Of a DNA stretch of 64,000 bases, positions 50,057 to 60,188 are shown one piece after another. The DNA is taken from NCBI GenBank assembly GCA_016931155.1, contig JAFGFJ010000006.1:13115-77114 (forward strand), in the 5' to 3' direction. Made by a program: the position numbers and the translations under genes. The notes beneath the pieces are model-generated. The model had not been told where the DNA came from. It did no database searches and was given only the letters and a program-made list of their open reading frames with translations. Source of the DNA: Candidatus Dojkabacteria bacterium (GTDB lineage Bacteria > Patescibacteriota > Dojkabacteria > B142 > JAFGFJ01). How positions within the stretch are numbered: position 1 is the stretch's first letter; each line of letters opens with the position of its first letter.

Positions 50057-50713
50057 ATGGACAAACAGGAACAAAAAACAGCACAAGAAAACATTTCAAG
50101 AATTGATGAGATACAGGCAAGAATATCTGCTTATGAGGAAGCAAGAAAAGAGCTTGCCCAGGAAACCGAAACTACCATAAAAACACTCTATAAGTGGACA
50201 GCGCCAGAAAGGGTCTTTACTCCCAAATCACGAAAATTTTTCATACTAATAGCAAGTGCTTTTGTAATTGGAATTGTAGTATCTGCTATTCTGGAAAGCC
50301 TGATGTTTATTCTTGTTTTAGTTTCTCTTCTAACACTTATCTATATAAATCACTCTGTTCCTCCAAAAGAAGCAGAATACGAAATCACAAATAAAGGAAT
50401 AAAAACGTACGGAAAAATCTTTTTATGGAAAAACGTGGAAAACTTCTGGATAACTGAAAGAGGTAATAATCTTCTTCTCAATATCAATATTAAAGAAAGA
50501 ACAGAAGATAGAATAATCCTCCTTGTTGGAACAGGAGAACCAAAAAAGATTGTTCACGGGTTAATCAAGTATATTCCTTATATGGAAAAACCTGGTAATA
50601 ATTTCCTCACGAACTATATTGAAGGGAAATACATCTCCATTGTCGAATACCTTGATCTGGAAGGAATGCCGGAAGAGCGCACAAACCTTGAACCAAAAGT
50701 CCACAGAATATAA
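50057..50713 (+). CDS. hypothetical membrane protein
   Basis: 218-aa ORF with two central TM helices. Confidence 0.35.
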   Translation: MDKQEQKTAQENISRIDEIQARISAYEEARKELAQETETTIKTLYKWTAPERVFTPKSRKFFILIASAFVIGIVVSAILESLMFILVLVSLLTLIYINHSVPPKEAEYEITNKGIKTYGKIFLWKNVENFWITERGNNLLLNINIKERTEDRIILLVGTGEPKKIVHGLIKYIPYMEKPGNNFLTNYIEGKYISIVEYLDLEGMPEERTNLEPKVHRI

Positions 50714-50734
50714 TGTTATAATTCTCATTAATTT

Positions 50735-50810
50735 GCACCTATAGCTCAATGGATAGAGCACTTCTTTGCGGAAGAAGAGGTTGTGGGTTCGACTCCCACT
50801 GGGTGCACCA
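50735..50810 (+). tRNA. tRNA-Arg (anticodon GCG)
   Basis: Cloverleaf: acceptor GCACCTA/TGGGTGC, D-stem GCTC/GAGC, anticodon stem CTTCT/AGAAG with loop TTGCGGA, T-arm GTGGGTTCGACTCCCAC, ACCA. Confidence 0.75.
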
Positions 50811-50899
50811 CAAAAACTTGATACCGTCTCATTTTTTGCTATATTTATCAGTACCTCTTTATCAATATTATCAGCGATATTATATAATAATGCCACAAA

Positions 50900-50989
50900 G
50901 GAGAGGTGGCTGAGTGGTCGAAAGCGCCGCTCTCGAAAAGCGGTTCCCGGGTAACCGGGACGCGGGTTCGAATCCCGCCCTCTCCGCCA
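50900..50989 (+). tRNA. tRNA-Ser (anticodon CGA)
   Basis: Type II tRNA with a long variable arm, anticodon loop CTCGAAA, T-arm GCGGGTTCGAATCCCGC, GCCA. Confidence 0.85.
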
Positions 50990-51225
50990 ATTGCTACGAC
51001 TGGTATTTCCGAGATACCGTCTCATTTTTGTCACATTTTCACATCTGATTCCAGAGTTGAATTTGATGCAGCTTATAAAGCAGCGAATATTTTATATTTA
51101 AGACCCATTGCCCGCACTACTTGAATCCGATTATGCACATACTGAGTAAATTTTCCATTGATTCTTAAGCAGAGAAATATATCAATATAAACACGATAAC
51201 TATACAAGATAATGCTATAATTCCC

Positions 51226-52182
51226 GTGAGTTTTCGTCCAATAATGTACCAATATACTGCAAAAATTAAAAAAATAGGCGAACTTCTAAAGGAAAAAAGA
51301 AAAGAGAAGGGTCTGGATTTTCCTCAAATTTCAGACGTAATCAAAGTAAGGATTGAGTATCTCAAGGCTCTGGAAGAGGCAAGCTATGACACGTTTGCCT
51401 CCGAAGTACAGCTCAAGGGTTTTCTAAATAAGTACGCAGGTTTTCTTGGTATTCCAGAAGATAAAGCAAGTGCTATGTATCGAAGAGAAAGAGAAGGATT
51501 GAAAGATGAGAGAGTAATAAGATCTCCAGTCGAATCAAAGACAGAAATGGGTTTTGTACTGACACCCAGCAAGCTGGTTGCCGCAGTAATAGCAGGAACA
51601 ATCATCGCAGTACTTATTTATATAGGTACTCAGCTCAATGAAATAATTAAGCCCCCCAATCTCACAGTTAAATCACCAGTGACACTATCAAGCGGAAACG
51701 AAGGAACCTTCACTACTGACTCAAAAAGTGTTGTCATTACAGGTGATATTGAAGTAGGAGCTACACTCTCGGTAAACGGAACAAAGGTTACAACAAATAA
51801 TTTGCAAAAGTACCAAATTGAAAACCTGAATCTTTCTAAAGGTGAAAATAAGTTTGTTCTGGTTGCTGAAAGCCAGTTTGGAAGAAAATCGGAAATAACT
51901 TTGAACATACTGCTTCGATCAAGTCAGGAGACTGTCAGGATTGACGGGAGAATCATTGCAAACAAAAGAGTAGATATTCGTATAACAACTGATGGGCAGG
52001 AAATATTTAATTCGGCACTAAACGCAGGAGAGCCACTTGATTTCACTGCAAATTCTATTGCAGAAGTATCTTCCTTAGACCTTGCAGATTTATCAATCGA
52101 AGTAAACGGAGAGAAACAGGAGACCGGAAATAGCACATCACAGATCTGGGAAGTCAAAAATGGTGTTATCGAGAAGAGATAG
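51226..52182 (+). CDS. RodZ-like HTH membrane protein
   Basis: N-terminal HTH_25-like segment (IGELLKEKRKEKGLDFPQISDVIKVRIEYLKALEE), a single TM helix and a beta-rich C-terminal domain. Confidence 0.55.
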   Translation: MSFRPIMYQYTAKIKKIGELLKEKRKEKGLDFPQISDVIKVRIEYLKALEEASYDTFASEVQLKGFLNKYAGFLGIPEDKASAMYRREREGLKDERVIRSPVESKTEMGFVLTPSKLVAAVIAGTIIAVLIYIGTQLNEIIKPPNLTVKSPVTLSSGNEGTFTTDSKSVVITGDIEVGATLSVNGTKVTTNNLQKYQIENLNLSKGENKFVLVAESQFGRKSEITLNILLRSSQETVRIDGRIIANKRVDIRITTDGQEIFNSALNAGEPLDFTANSIAEVSSLDLADLSIEVNGEKQETGNSTSQIWEVKNGVIEKR

Positions 52183-53143
52183 CCTTATAGTTTTCAAGAA
52201 AATCATTAAAAGATGTGATAAGAGAATGAAGAAGCATATCTGAGGAGAAAATTCCTTTTTCAGCAAAAGTACCTGTCAGATCCCACAATGACCTGGTATC
52301 AATGAATTTTACTTCCTCTGTCTCAGGATTAACAATTATGTTTTCTGTGTTTATAAACCAGTTTGTATTCATAATTGTTCCACCTCTTGTATCAATTACT
52401 TTTTGTTCCTGCTCAAATAGATGAAGTGCAAGAATTAAAAATACTATGAGCCTTCCATATGTTTTTTTTGTGAAATCCTCCTCAAGAAAATCCTGCAAAG
52501 TGTACCCTTCTGCCCATTCCTGGACAATATAAAAAGTTTTTTCGTACTTAGCTTTCTTCGGCTTTGAGAGAATCACATATTCTTTTACTAAAAAATTGTA
52601 GTTTACAATATCTGTTTTTTTTATTACCTCTTTGAGCAGTTTCATTTTTTCCTCTTTCTTCCCGATAAGCCTCCAAATAAGAGAAGAGATGTCGCTTTCT
52701 TTTTTGTAGAAGTCCTTAAGCTCCTTTCGAAGTTTTTTTTGCTCTTTCCTAATAAACTGATTGTCACCAAGTACTTTCTGGTTGTCCTTAAAGTATCCAA
52801 AATACTTTGCAATAAGAAAATACTCTCTCAAATCTTTTGCTATCCTGTCAGTGGTTGGCATAATATCGTATCCGAGTGGACCAATGAACATGCTCCAGAA
52901 GTTTCGATCAAGGGGAATATCAATGTTTTCCAAAAGAGGAACACTCAAGTCTGTCCTGCCCTCTTTTATTGCCCAGGATTTTCCTTCTGACCATACACGG
53001 GTAACATATGAATGCATACCACCCTTCATTTCCTGAGATCTTTCGAATCTAAAATCAAAAGGGCTCTTTGAAGAAACCTTCAGGTTTTTCCCAACTACAA
53101 GTGTATTATCTTTCAGATATTTCTCAAATTTAGTCTTCTTCAT
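52166..53143 (-). CDS. hypothetical protein (possible kinase-like fold)
   Basis: 325-aa ORF overlapping its neighbours by 14-17 nt; no clear motif. Confidence 0.35.
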   Translation of the reverse strand: MKKTKFEKYLKDNTLVVGKNLKVSSKSPFDFRFERSQEMKGGMHSYVTRVWSEGKSWAIKEGRTDLSVPLLENIDIPLDRNFWSMFIGPLGYDIMPTTDRIAKDLREYFLIAKYFGYFKDNQKVLGDNQFIRKEQKKLRKELKDFYKKESDISSLIWRLIGKKEEKMKLLKEVIKKTDIVNYNFLVKEYVILSKPKKAKYEKTFYIVQEWAEGYTLQDFLEEDFTKKTYGRLIVFLILALHLFEQEQKVIDTRGGTIMNTNWFINTENIIVNPETEEVKFIDTRSLWDLTGTFAEKGIFSSDMLLHSLITSFNDFLENYKAISSR

Positions 53144-53789
53144 AGAAAAACTGTGATAATCTTCTCCTCATTCTAATAATAGTTGGTGTAATTAAACTAA
53201 ATGTTATTCTTTTTGCTTTATATCCAAACGGACTTTTAAGCGACTCCAGAAGAGTCTTGGCATCAGAAAAATCGGGTATGTCGGAATATGCCCTTCCAAG
53301 ATTTGTTTTTCTGTGGGCATCTGACGATGTTGCCTTTGCCTTATCGAATCTTTCCGCAAAAGCTTCACTCTTCATGTTACTCCTCCTCGTTCCTCTCGAA
53401 TTAAAATTCTCAATAATATCAACATCTTTCATTATCTCAAGTGATCTTTTCTCCCCCAATCCGTGCCTCCATTCATCGTAAACATGCGGGAGATAAACAA
53501 GTGCCCCCTGTTTTTTTATCCTTCGAACTGTTTCTTGAATAGTTAGCCCTTTTTCAATTGGCTCTTTCATAAAAAGCCCTATTATATGACCGGCAGAACT
53601 GGAAATTTCTTCTCCAACTATTATTTTGTCGCCATAAATTTCCTTTAGTTTCAGTGCACCATCCATTCTATTGTGATCTGTAATTGCAATTCTGTCTAAT
53701 ACTCCCTTATCAAATACGTCGCCTATCTGTCCAAAACTCACGCTCGAATCAAGAGAAAAATTTGTATGTACATGCAAATCGACTTTCAC
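53130..53789 (-). CDS. PHP-domain phosphoesterase
   Basis: MKVDLHVHTNFSLDS (PHP motif I HxH) and later His/Asp motifs (...HVYDEW...H...). Confidence 0.75.
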   Translation of the reverse strand: MKVDLHVHTNFSLDSSVSFGQIGDVFDKGVLDRIAITDHNRMDGALKLKEIYGDKIIVGEEISSSAGHIIGLFMKEPIEKGLTIQETVRRIKKQGALVYLPHVYDEWRHGLGEKRSLEIMKDVDIIENFNSRGTRRSNMKSEAFAERFDKAKATSSDAHRKTNLGRAYSDIPDFSDAKTLLESLKSPFGYKAKRITFSLITPTIIRMRRRLSQFFYEED

Positions 53790-53847
53790 AAATGAGAAAC
53801 AGCCTAATATATGTTAGAATCCTACAGCTATAATATCAGAAAAGAAA

Positions 53848-54453
53848 ATGTTTTCTAAGCTTAAAAGTGTTTTCGAACCTTTACTTAATATTCTCATTAG
53901 ACCATTCTTATGGATCAGTCCAAACGTCATGTCCATGATCGCCTTTTCCATATCTGCCGGGTCAGGAATAGCGCTGGCGATTGGAAAACCGAGGCTTGCG
54001 GCAATACTCTTTGTCGGAAATATTCTTGATTCTTTTGATGGACAAATTGCAAGAAAGACTGGAAGAGTTACTAAATTTGGAGGTCTTCTCGATACGAATC
54101 TTGACAGACTTGCAGAAGCTGTTTTCTTTTTCGGAGCTGCTTATGGAGGATATATTTCCTTTGAAATTGCCTTCATAGCAATTGTTGCAAGCGTCATGGT
54201 AAGTTTTGTTAAAGCGGTAGCAACAGCCGCAATGGGTGAAACAAAAGTTGGCACAAATGCTCTTTCTGTTGGTATTGGACAAAGAGGAGACAGGCTCTTT
54301 CTGTTATTTCTCGGAACACTATTTATTGATAGTGTAATCCCATTTACCTCCTTCAATTCACTTGAAATTATGTCGGGTCTGGTTGTACTGACATCTGTCA
54401 TTACATTCTTCTGGAGACTCATTAAGGCAAATACACTTCTCAAGGGTCAATAA
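53848..54453 (+). CDS. CDP-alcohol phosphatidyltransferase family protein
   Basis: DSFDGQIARKTGRVTKFGGLLDTNLDRLAE matches D-G-x2-A-R-x8-G-x3-D-x3-D. Confidence 0.85.
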   Translation: MFSKLKSVFEPLLNILIRPFLWISPNVMSMIAFSISAGSGIALAIGKPRLAAILFVGNILDSFDGQIARKTGRVTKFGGLLDTNLDRLAEAVFFFGAAYGGYISFEIAFIAIVASVMVSFVKAVATAAMGETKVGTNALSVGIGQRGDRLFLLFLGTLFIDSVIPFTSFNSLEIMSGLVVLTSVITFFWRLIKANTLLKGQ

Positions 54454-54473
54454 AGCATTACATTCTGTTTTTC

Positions 54474-56720
54474 TTACTGATCCAATTGGAAAAGTGTCTC
54501 TTGATTTTCATTTTCCACCTCATCAACTTCAAGAATTTCTGGCACATCGATCTGAGAATTTTCTATTCTTTTGATAGCACTCTTTATGGCTTGATAAGAG
54601 TGCTCCTCTTTAGAAAATAGACTCAGCTTTATATTTAAAAGTTCGAGAGCTTCCTCTTTCTTATTGTTTGCCGCCCAGAAATCAGAAAGAGCAACAATAG
54701 ATTTCCAGTAATCCTGCCTGTAAGAATATGCAGTAATAAGCTGAATTTCTGCTGTTCCCTTATTGCCTGCTGCATTATTAATAATTCCAAGATTCAGTAT
54801 CTGATCAGGATTTTTTGGATCAAGAAAGGCAGCTCTTTCAACTGCTTCAAGAAGCCTTCCTTCGTATGTATGTTCCTTTGAAAGATTCATTAATATAGAG
54901 TAAATAGCGACTTCAGCTTCTGCCGTTTCCACACAATATGGATTTTTTTCCTTTGCCTTCACAATTTCTTCAGCAGATTTTGAGAACAGGATGTTGCCGT
55001 TCAATTGATCGCCTTCTTTAAAAAATAGCAGACCTTTATTTAGCGCACTAAGCGCATATAACTTATGAACATGGCTTTTGCTTGAATATTTAAGTGTCGC
55101 CTCCATATCAGACATTGAGGCATCAAAATCGGAGTTGGAAAAATGAGAAACATGACCTCTGTAATAGAGTGTTTCTGCAAAATAATTTCTTAAAAGTAAG
55201 TACGATGAAAAACCTATCGACATAAATACCACAGAAAAAAGGAATACGGGGAAAACCTTTATTAATCTTTTACTGCTTTTAATTCCAAACACAACAATAT
55301 ACTTATGTGATCCCTCATGTGTCATTTTCAAAGCAACGATGGAAGCAATAAGAATCCACATAATAAAAAACATTCCTGCACTAAAAATAGTTGCGACATG
55401 TGAGATTATTAATACTCCCAGGACAATGAACATGGACATTATCATAGGATCTCCCAACTGAGTCTTTTTCCTCCAGATCCCCGCAAGAACTGCCCAAAGT
55501 GAAGTAAATATAAAGGAATAGGCAATAAAGCCAACCATACCTGTATCATGTATTGTCCTTTCTATTTCAATTGAAGGAAGAGAGTATTTTGTTTTCCAGA
55601 GTTCAGTTTGATTTATCTCCGCCGGCTTGTATCGAGTAAAACTGTAAGGAAATGTTTCTTGTCCTCTCCCAAAGAAGAAACTTTTAGGAAAAGGATTATT
55701 TTTCCTGTCTGACATTCCACTAATTGTTACAGCCCAGGATATGTCAGGTTTCAACGGCACCGGTTTTTCAAATCTGGAATCTACTCCAAACACCTCTCTT
55801 ACTGAAGGAATGTTCGCAATAAGACCAAAAGTAACTCCAAACAACACTGTCAAAACAATAGTACCCAACTTACCACTCTTTATATGTCCCCTATTTAAGT
55901 AAATATTCAAAGAGATTCCTGCCAACGCCAACATCCAGAAAACCACGCTCTGATAACTGATATCGGCAAACGAGGATATCCCAAGAAATGCCGAACTCAC
56001 CAGGATAACAGCAAAAGCAAACATCCTTGTGTAGCGACCCGCATCCCTGAGCAACCATCCGGTACCCAAAAGCAAAACAATTAACGGAATAAATGGTGCA
56101 GTGTCTGAGTTGATCAAAGAAGATATACTTGTACTTTCTAGTAAGGAGAAAACAGCATGACCAACGGAAAGATTGTTTCCAAGACCCTGAGAAATACCAA
56201 AAAATACTAATAATCCATAAAACATCATAAGTGCACTTGATCCCATAAATGAAGAAATAATCAGCTTCAAGCTTCTCGAAGTTCGTATGTTATTTACTAT
56301 TGCAAAATACAACAAAGCAAGAGTAACTGTTTGAGTAAAGCTTCCAGTTATTCTTGAGTAATAGCCAATAAGGCTGTTCGACAAAACATCAGAAAAAATC
56401 ATACTAAAACAACTGACCACTACCCACAATAGGATTGGAATATTGAGAGAGGTTTTTACCAACTTCAATTCTTTTTCCTTCAAAATCTTTACAGCCCATA
56501 AAAAAAGTAAAGAAAGAGTCCCAAAAATTAAAACTATATTTTTCGCACTCTCAAAAGTATCAAATGTCTTCCAGGAAAATGCTACAGGAATAAGGCCTGC
56601 CATCAAGATAAGTATCCATAGGAACAGCTTATCAATCAGTGGTTTCTTTTTTGGCACATCAGCATGAGATACCTGTTCATGAGAAGTAATGGCACTAGAG
56701 GAGCGGTTTTGTGATTCCAT
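54474..56720 (-). CDS. O-antigen ligase/polymerase-like polytopic membrane protein with C-terminal TPR repeats
   Basis: About 12 TM helices in the N-terminal 450 aa (Wzy_C-like) and a C-terminal ~250 aa TPR-like helical repeat region. Confidence 0.5.
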   Translation of the reverse strand: MESQNRSSSAITSHEQVSHADVPKKKPLIDKLFLWILILMAGLIPVAFSWKTFDTFESAKNIVLIFGTLSLLFLWAVKILKEKELKLVKTSLNIPILLWVVVSCFSMIFSDVLSNSLIGYYSRITGSFTQTVTLALLYFAIVNNIRTSRSLKLIISSFMGSSALMMFYGLLVFFGISQGLGNNLSVGHAVFSLLESTSISSLINSDTAPFIPLIVLLLGTGWLLRDAGRYTRMFAFAVILVSSAFLGISSFADISYQSVVFWMLALAGISLNIYLNRGHIKSGKLGTIVLTVLFGVTFGLIANIPSVREVFGVDSRFEKPVPLKPDISWAVTISGMSDRKNNPFPKSFFFGRGQETFPYSFTRYKPAEINQTELWKTKYSLPSIEIERTIHDTGMVGFIAYSFIFTSLWAVLAGIWRKKTQLGDPMIMSMFIVLGVLIISHVATIFSAGMFFIMWILIASIVALKMTHEGSHKYIVVFGIKSSKRLIKVFPVFLFSVVFMSIGFSSYLLLRNYFAETLYYRGHVSHFSNSDFDASMSDMEATLKYSSKSHVHKLYALSALNKGLLFFKEGDQLNGNILFSKSAEEIVKAKEKNPYCVETAEAEVAIYSILMNLSKEHTYEGRLLEAVERAAFLDPKNPDQILNLGIINNAAGNKGTAEIQLITAYSYRQDYWKSIVALSDFWAANNKKEEALELLNIKLSLFSKEEHSYQAIKSAIKRIENSQIDVPEILEVDEVENENQETLFQLDQ

Positions 56721-56888
56721 AACTCAAGCAGTTACATTTAAATTGTCCAATTCCTGGAAAGTTACTATGTCTTATGCTAGTACAAAACCGAGTACTAAGT
56801 AAAGAACATTGGCGTTGAGATTGGTTCTAAAATTTGCAAAGAAATTGGTTATATGATTAACCACAAGAATAGTTGCAAGATTGGTGGT

Positions 56889-56976
56889 GAGATTAGTCTT
56901 AAGATTGGTGGTGAGATTAGTCTTAAGATCGGTGGTGAGATTAGTCTTAAGATCGGTGGTGAGATTCAATCGCTAC
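56889..56976. repeat. 24-bp tandem repeat GATTGGTGGTGAGATTAGTCTTAA, ~3.7 copies
   Basis: Three near-identical units (T/C at position 4) plus a partial fourth. It sits ~170 bp upstream of the membrane protein gene and abuts the trxB stop. Confidence 0.9.
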
Positions 56977-57932
56977 CAGTTATTGGTAGTGTGCATATCT
57001 ACTTCTCCTTTTGAAGCAAGCCACTTTTCAGCATCTATAGCGGCCTTGCACCCGTCACCTGCCGCAGTTATTGCTTGCCTGTAATGACGATCCTCAACAT
57101 CTCCAGCAACAAATACCCCTTCAACATTTGTATGTGTCCTTTCTATAGGCTGAATGTAACCAAGTTCGTCAATATTCACAATGCCCTTGAAAGTATCTGA
57201 AGCAGGATTGTAGCCTATTGCGATAAAAAGGCCTTCCACGTTCAGATCTGCTTCCTCACTTGTTTTGTTATTTATAATTCTTACTCCCGATACTTTCTCT
57301 TCACCGAGAATCTCTTTGACTTCAGTATTGTATAAAAATTCAATTTTTTCATTCTCCTGTGCCCTACTAATCATAATTTTACTGGCCCTTATTTCATCTT
57401 TGCCTTTCCTCACAAGCACATATACTTTACTTGCATACTTGGTCAAAAATATCGCCTCTTCCATTGCAGTATCACCGGCTCCTACAACGGCAACCTTTCT
57501 TTCTTTAAAAAACGCACCGTCACAAGTGGCACAAACAGAAACTCCATGTCCAAGAAGTCTTTCTTCAGAAGGTAACCCAAGCATTTTTGCTTTTGCTCCA
57601 GTTGCTATTATCAAAGCTTTTGTCTGAAATAGGCTCTCTTCAACATATACTTTGAATGGTCTCTCAGATAAATCAACCTTGATGACATCTTTGTAGATTA
57701 TCTCTGTACCAAATTTTTTAGAATGATCGATCATTTTCTCCATAAGCTCCGGACCCATAATTGATTCAAAGCCCGGATAGTTTTCAACATGAGTAGTAAG
57801 CATAAGCTGTCCTCCATAGGATCTACCACCAATTATTAAAGGCTTGAGACCAGCTCTCCCTGCATAAATCCCGGCAGTAAGACCTGCAGGACCTGAACCA
57901 ATTATTATTATATTCCTGGTTGCTTCCTCCAT
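56973..57932 (-). CDS. trxB: thioredoxin reductase
   Basis: FAD motif IIIIGSGPAGLTAG, redox-active CATCDG and NAD(P) motif VAVVGAGDTAMEEA. Confidence 0.9.
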   Translation of the reverse strand: MEEATRNIIIIGSGPAGLTAGIYAGRAGLKPLIIGGRSYGGQLMLTTHVENYPGFESIMGPELMEKMIDHSKKFGTEIIYKDVIKVDLSERPFKVYVEESLFQTKALIIATGAKAKMLGLPSEERLLGHGVSVCATCDGAFFKERKVAVVGAGDTAMEEAIFLTKYASKVYVLVRKGKDEIRASKIMISRAQENEKIEFLYNTEVKEILGEEKVSGVRIINNKTSEEADLNVEGLFIAIGYNPASDTFKGIVNIDELGYIQPIERTHTNVEGVFVAGDVEDRHYRQAITAAGDGCKAAIDAEKWLASKGEVDMHTTNNW

Positions 57933-57997
57933 TTATTATATTCTTCTATTTGATTTGAGAATCAAAATAAACCTTTTTGCTTTAAAACTCAACAAAA

Positions 57998-58294
57998 TCA
58001 GTTTTTGTAATTTGCTCTCAACAAAAATTTGTCAGGAACTGGATCATGCCCGCCCCTCGCCAGAGGATTACAACGAAGTATTCTCGCTGTTCCCATCATC
58101 CCCCCTTTTATAATCCCATGCTTGTCAATTGCTTCGTATGCGTACTCGGAACAGCTGGGATGATAGATACATACTCGAAATTTTGACGGATTTGCCCAGA
58201 AAGCGTGATCAAATGAAAAAAGTTTCTGATAGATGCGAATAATTCCCATTGCGGCATAGGAAGGAATTTTGAGAATAAAACCGAGAATTTTCAT
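57998..58294 (-). CDS. yidD: membrane protein insertion efficiency factor YidD
   Basis: ...IRIYQKLFS...[19 protein letters not shown]...RCNPL..GG.DPVP matches YidD (DUF37). The start was placed at the internal Met because the longer ORF would read through a perfect DnaA box. Confidence 0.7.
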   Translation of the reverse strand: MKILGFILKIPSYAAMGIIRIYQKLFSFDHAFWANPSKFRVCIYHPSCSEYAYEAIDKHGIIKGGMMGTARILRCNPLARGGHDPVPDKFLLRANYKN

Positions 58295-58442
58295 TAACCT
58301 GATAATATCATCAGTCGTCAAAGCAGTTCTAAAAAATATTTTCTGAGGCTCAATATGATAAACTTTTTTGACCGGTTTGGAATACTTATTCTGCAAATAT
58401 TTCCAGCGTTTTATAGAATTTTCTCTACTTTTCCCTTGCAAA

Positions 58443-58451
58443 CTTATCCAC
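58443..58451 (+). promoter_or_regulatory. consensus DnaA box TTATCCACA upstream of dnaA
   Basis: Exact 9-mer 74 bp upstream of the dnaA ATG. Confidence 0.6.
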
Positions 58452-58524
58452 AATTTTGTACCTTATCTAACACCTGATACTTCCAGACTGCTCCGGGAAA
58501 ACTTAATTTGTACGCGAACCAATC

Positions 58525-59904
58525 ATGAATATAGATGACCTGTGGAAAACCGCCCTTGCCCAGATAGAAGTAAAACTCGATTCTCCTGCCCAATATCAGA
58601 CATGGTTTAGAGACACCAAGCTCGTCGAAATTGACGGGAAAAAAGCAGTGATCGGAGTAAAAAATTCCTACGCTTCTGACTGGCTGAAGAAAAAACATAA
58701 TATTCTGATCAAAGACACTCTCTCTTACGTTTACGGAAAAGACCTTGATCCAACATATGAAGTAATAAGAGAAAAAGGGCAGTCAGAAAAACAGACAGAG
58801 GTTGTTCCGGAGAATGCACCACTTCTTGGAGTACAACAGGGAATGGATATGGAGCTTCGAAATATTATTAAAAAGTCCGGAATAAACGAGAAATACAGCT
58901 TTGCAAACTTTGTAGTTGCAGATTCGAATAGAATCGCACACGCCGCCGCAATGTCTGTAGCTGAAGGGAAGGCCAAAAACTATAACCCTCTCTATATTCA
59001 CGGATCGACAGGACTTGGGAAAACTCACATTGGACAAGCGGTCGGTCGATCAATTTTGGAAAAAGATCCAAACAAGAAAGTAATCTACGTTACAAGTGAA
59101 GGTTTTTTAAATGACATGGTCAGATCGATCCGGGAAGGTAAAGCAATGGATTTCCGTACAAAATACAGGACAGTAGACATATTTATAATTGACGACATTC
59201 AACTCATATCAAAATGGGTGGAAACACAAGGAGAATTTTTCAATACTTTTAACGAACTTGCAAACAACAACAAACAGGTAGTTCTGATTTCAGACAGAGC
59301 CCCGGAGTATATTGAAAACATTGAGGCACGGCTGAGATCAAGATTCCAGGGAGGAATTGTTGTAGATATTTCAAAGCCCGACCTTGAAACAAGAAAAGCT
59401 ATTCTCCTGAGAAAATCAACAGAATTTGGAATAGAGATAGAAGAAAAGACTGTGGATTATGTAGCTGAGATAATAACAGACAATGTCAGAGAGCTTGAAG
59501 GAGCACTCCAAAAAATTGCTCTCTACAGCACGATGTCTGAAGATGAACTCTCCCTTGAGGAGATAGCAAGGATACTTGGGAAAGATACAAAATCAAAGCA
59601 GGAAAGGGTTAAAGTACCAAATGTTCTTAAAAGAGTCGCAAAAGAGTATGGAATTACCGTAAAAGACATAAAGGGGCCAAAAAGAACTGCAGAAATTGCT
59701 TTCGCAAGACAGATAGCAATGTATATCCTTCGTGAGGAATTCAATTACAAGCTGGAAAGAGTTGCAGAATTCCTGGAGAGAAAGGATCACACAACTGTTA
59801 TTCACGCTGTAGATAAAGTTAGAAGCAAAATGCTCCTTGAAGAGGGTTTTAAGGATCAGCTGCAAATGATAATTTCTGAACTTCAAAATTCGGAAGAAAT
59901 ATAA
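58525..59904 (+). CDS. dnaA: chromosomal replication initiator DnaA
   Basis: Walker A GSTGLGKTH, box VII/sensor motifs and the C-terminal DNA-binding domain (...TVIHAVDKV...). Confidence 0.95.
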   Translation: MNIDDLWKTALAQIEVKLDSPAQYQTWFRDTKLVEIDGKKAVIGVKNSYASDWLKKKHNILIKDTLSYVYGKDLDPTYEVIREKGQSEKQTEVVPENAPLLGVQQGMDMELRNIIKKSGINEKYSFANFVVADSNRIAHAAAMSVAEGKAKNYNPLYIHGSTGLGKTHIGQAVGRSILEKDPNKKVIYVTSEGFLNDMVRSIREGKAMDFRTKYRTVDIFIIDDIQLISKWVETQGEFFNTFNELANNNKQVVLISDRAPEYIENIEARLRSRFQGGIVVDISKPDLETRKAILLRKSTEFGIEIEEKTVDYVAEIITDNVRELEGALQKIALYSTMSEDELSLEEIARILGKDTKSKQERVKVPNVLKRVAKEYGITVKDIKGPKRTAEIAFARQIAMYILREEFNYKLERVAEFLERKDHTTVIHAVDKVRSKMLLEEGFKDQLQMIISELQNSEEI

Positions 59905-60188
59905 GAATATAAGAAAAATACAAGAAAAATATCATTTCCAAAAGAGCTCCCCTGTCCCCATTTTATCGACATTTTGTTTCCACAAAATACCTGATCTAGT
60001 CAAATGTAAAATATCGAGCAGCTGGAGAAGCGGATTTCAGTTTACTAAAGTAGCTTATCCAAATATCCTTCCACATACTAAAAATTATGTCAGAGCTTGT
60101 AATTAAACACTTTTCAAAATACAATACACATATACACAAACTCTACTACCATTTCTACTATTTTTAATAAACGTAAATATTATTAGCA

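Noticed and set aside
50561-51124. ORFs 50561..51034 (-), 50766..50954 (+) and 50906..51124 (+)
   Set aside because: They overlap tRNA-Arg and tRNA-Ser(CGA), translating tRNA sequence (RGRDSNPRP...), so they are spurious.
56772-56969. 65-aa ORF (MNLTTDLKTNLTTDLK...) and a possible CRISPR array
   Set aside because: The ORF is generated by reading through the 24-bp tandem repeat. The repeats are contiguous with no spacers and no cas genes are nearby, so it is neither a CRISPR array nor a credible gene.
58295-58453. Extended YidD N-terminus (the ORF-track start at 58453)
   Set aside because: The extension would read through the consensus DnaA box and an AT-rich promoter region and has no YidD homology. 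The internal Met at 58294 gives a typical ~99-aa YidD.
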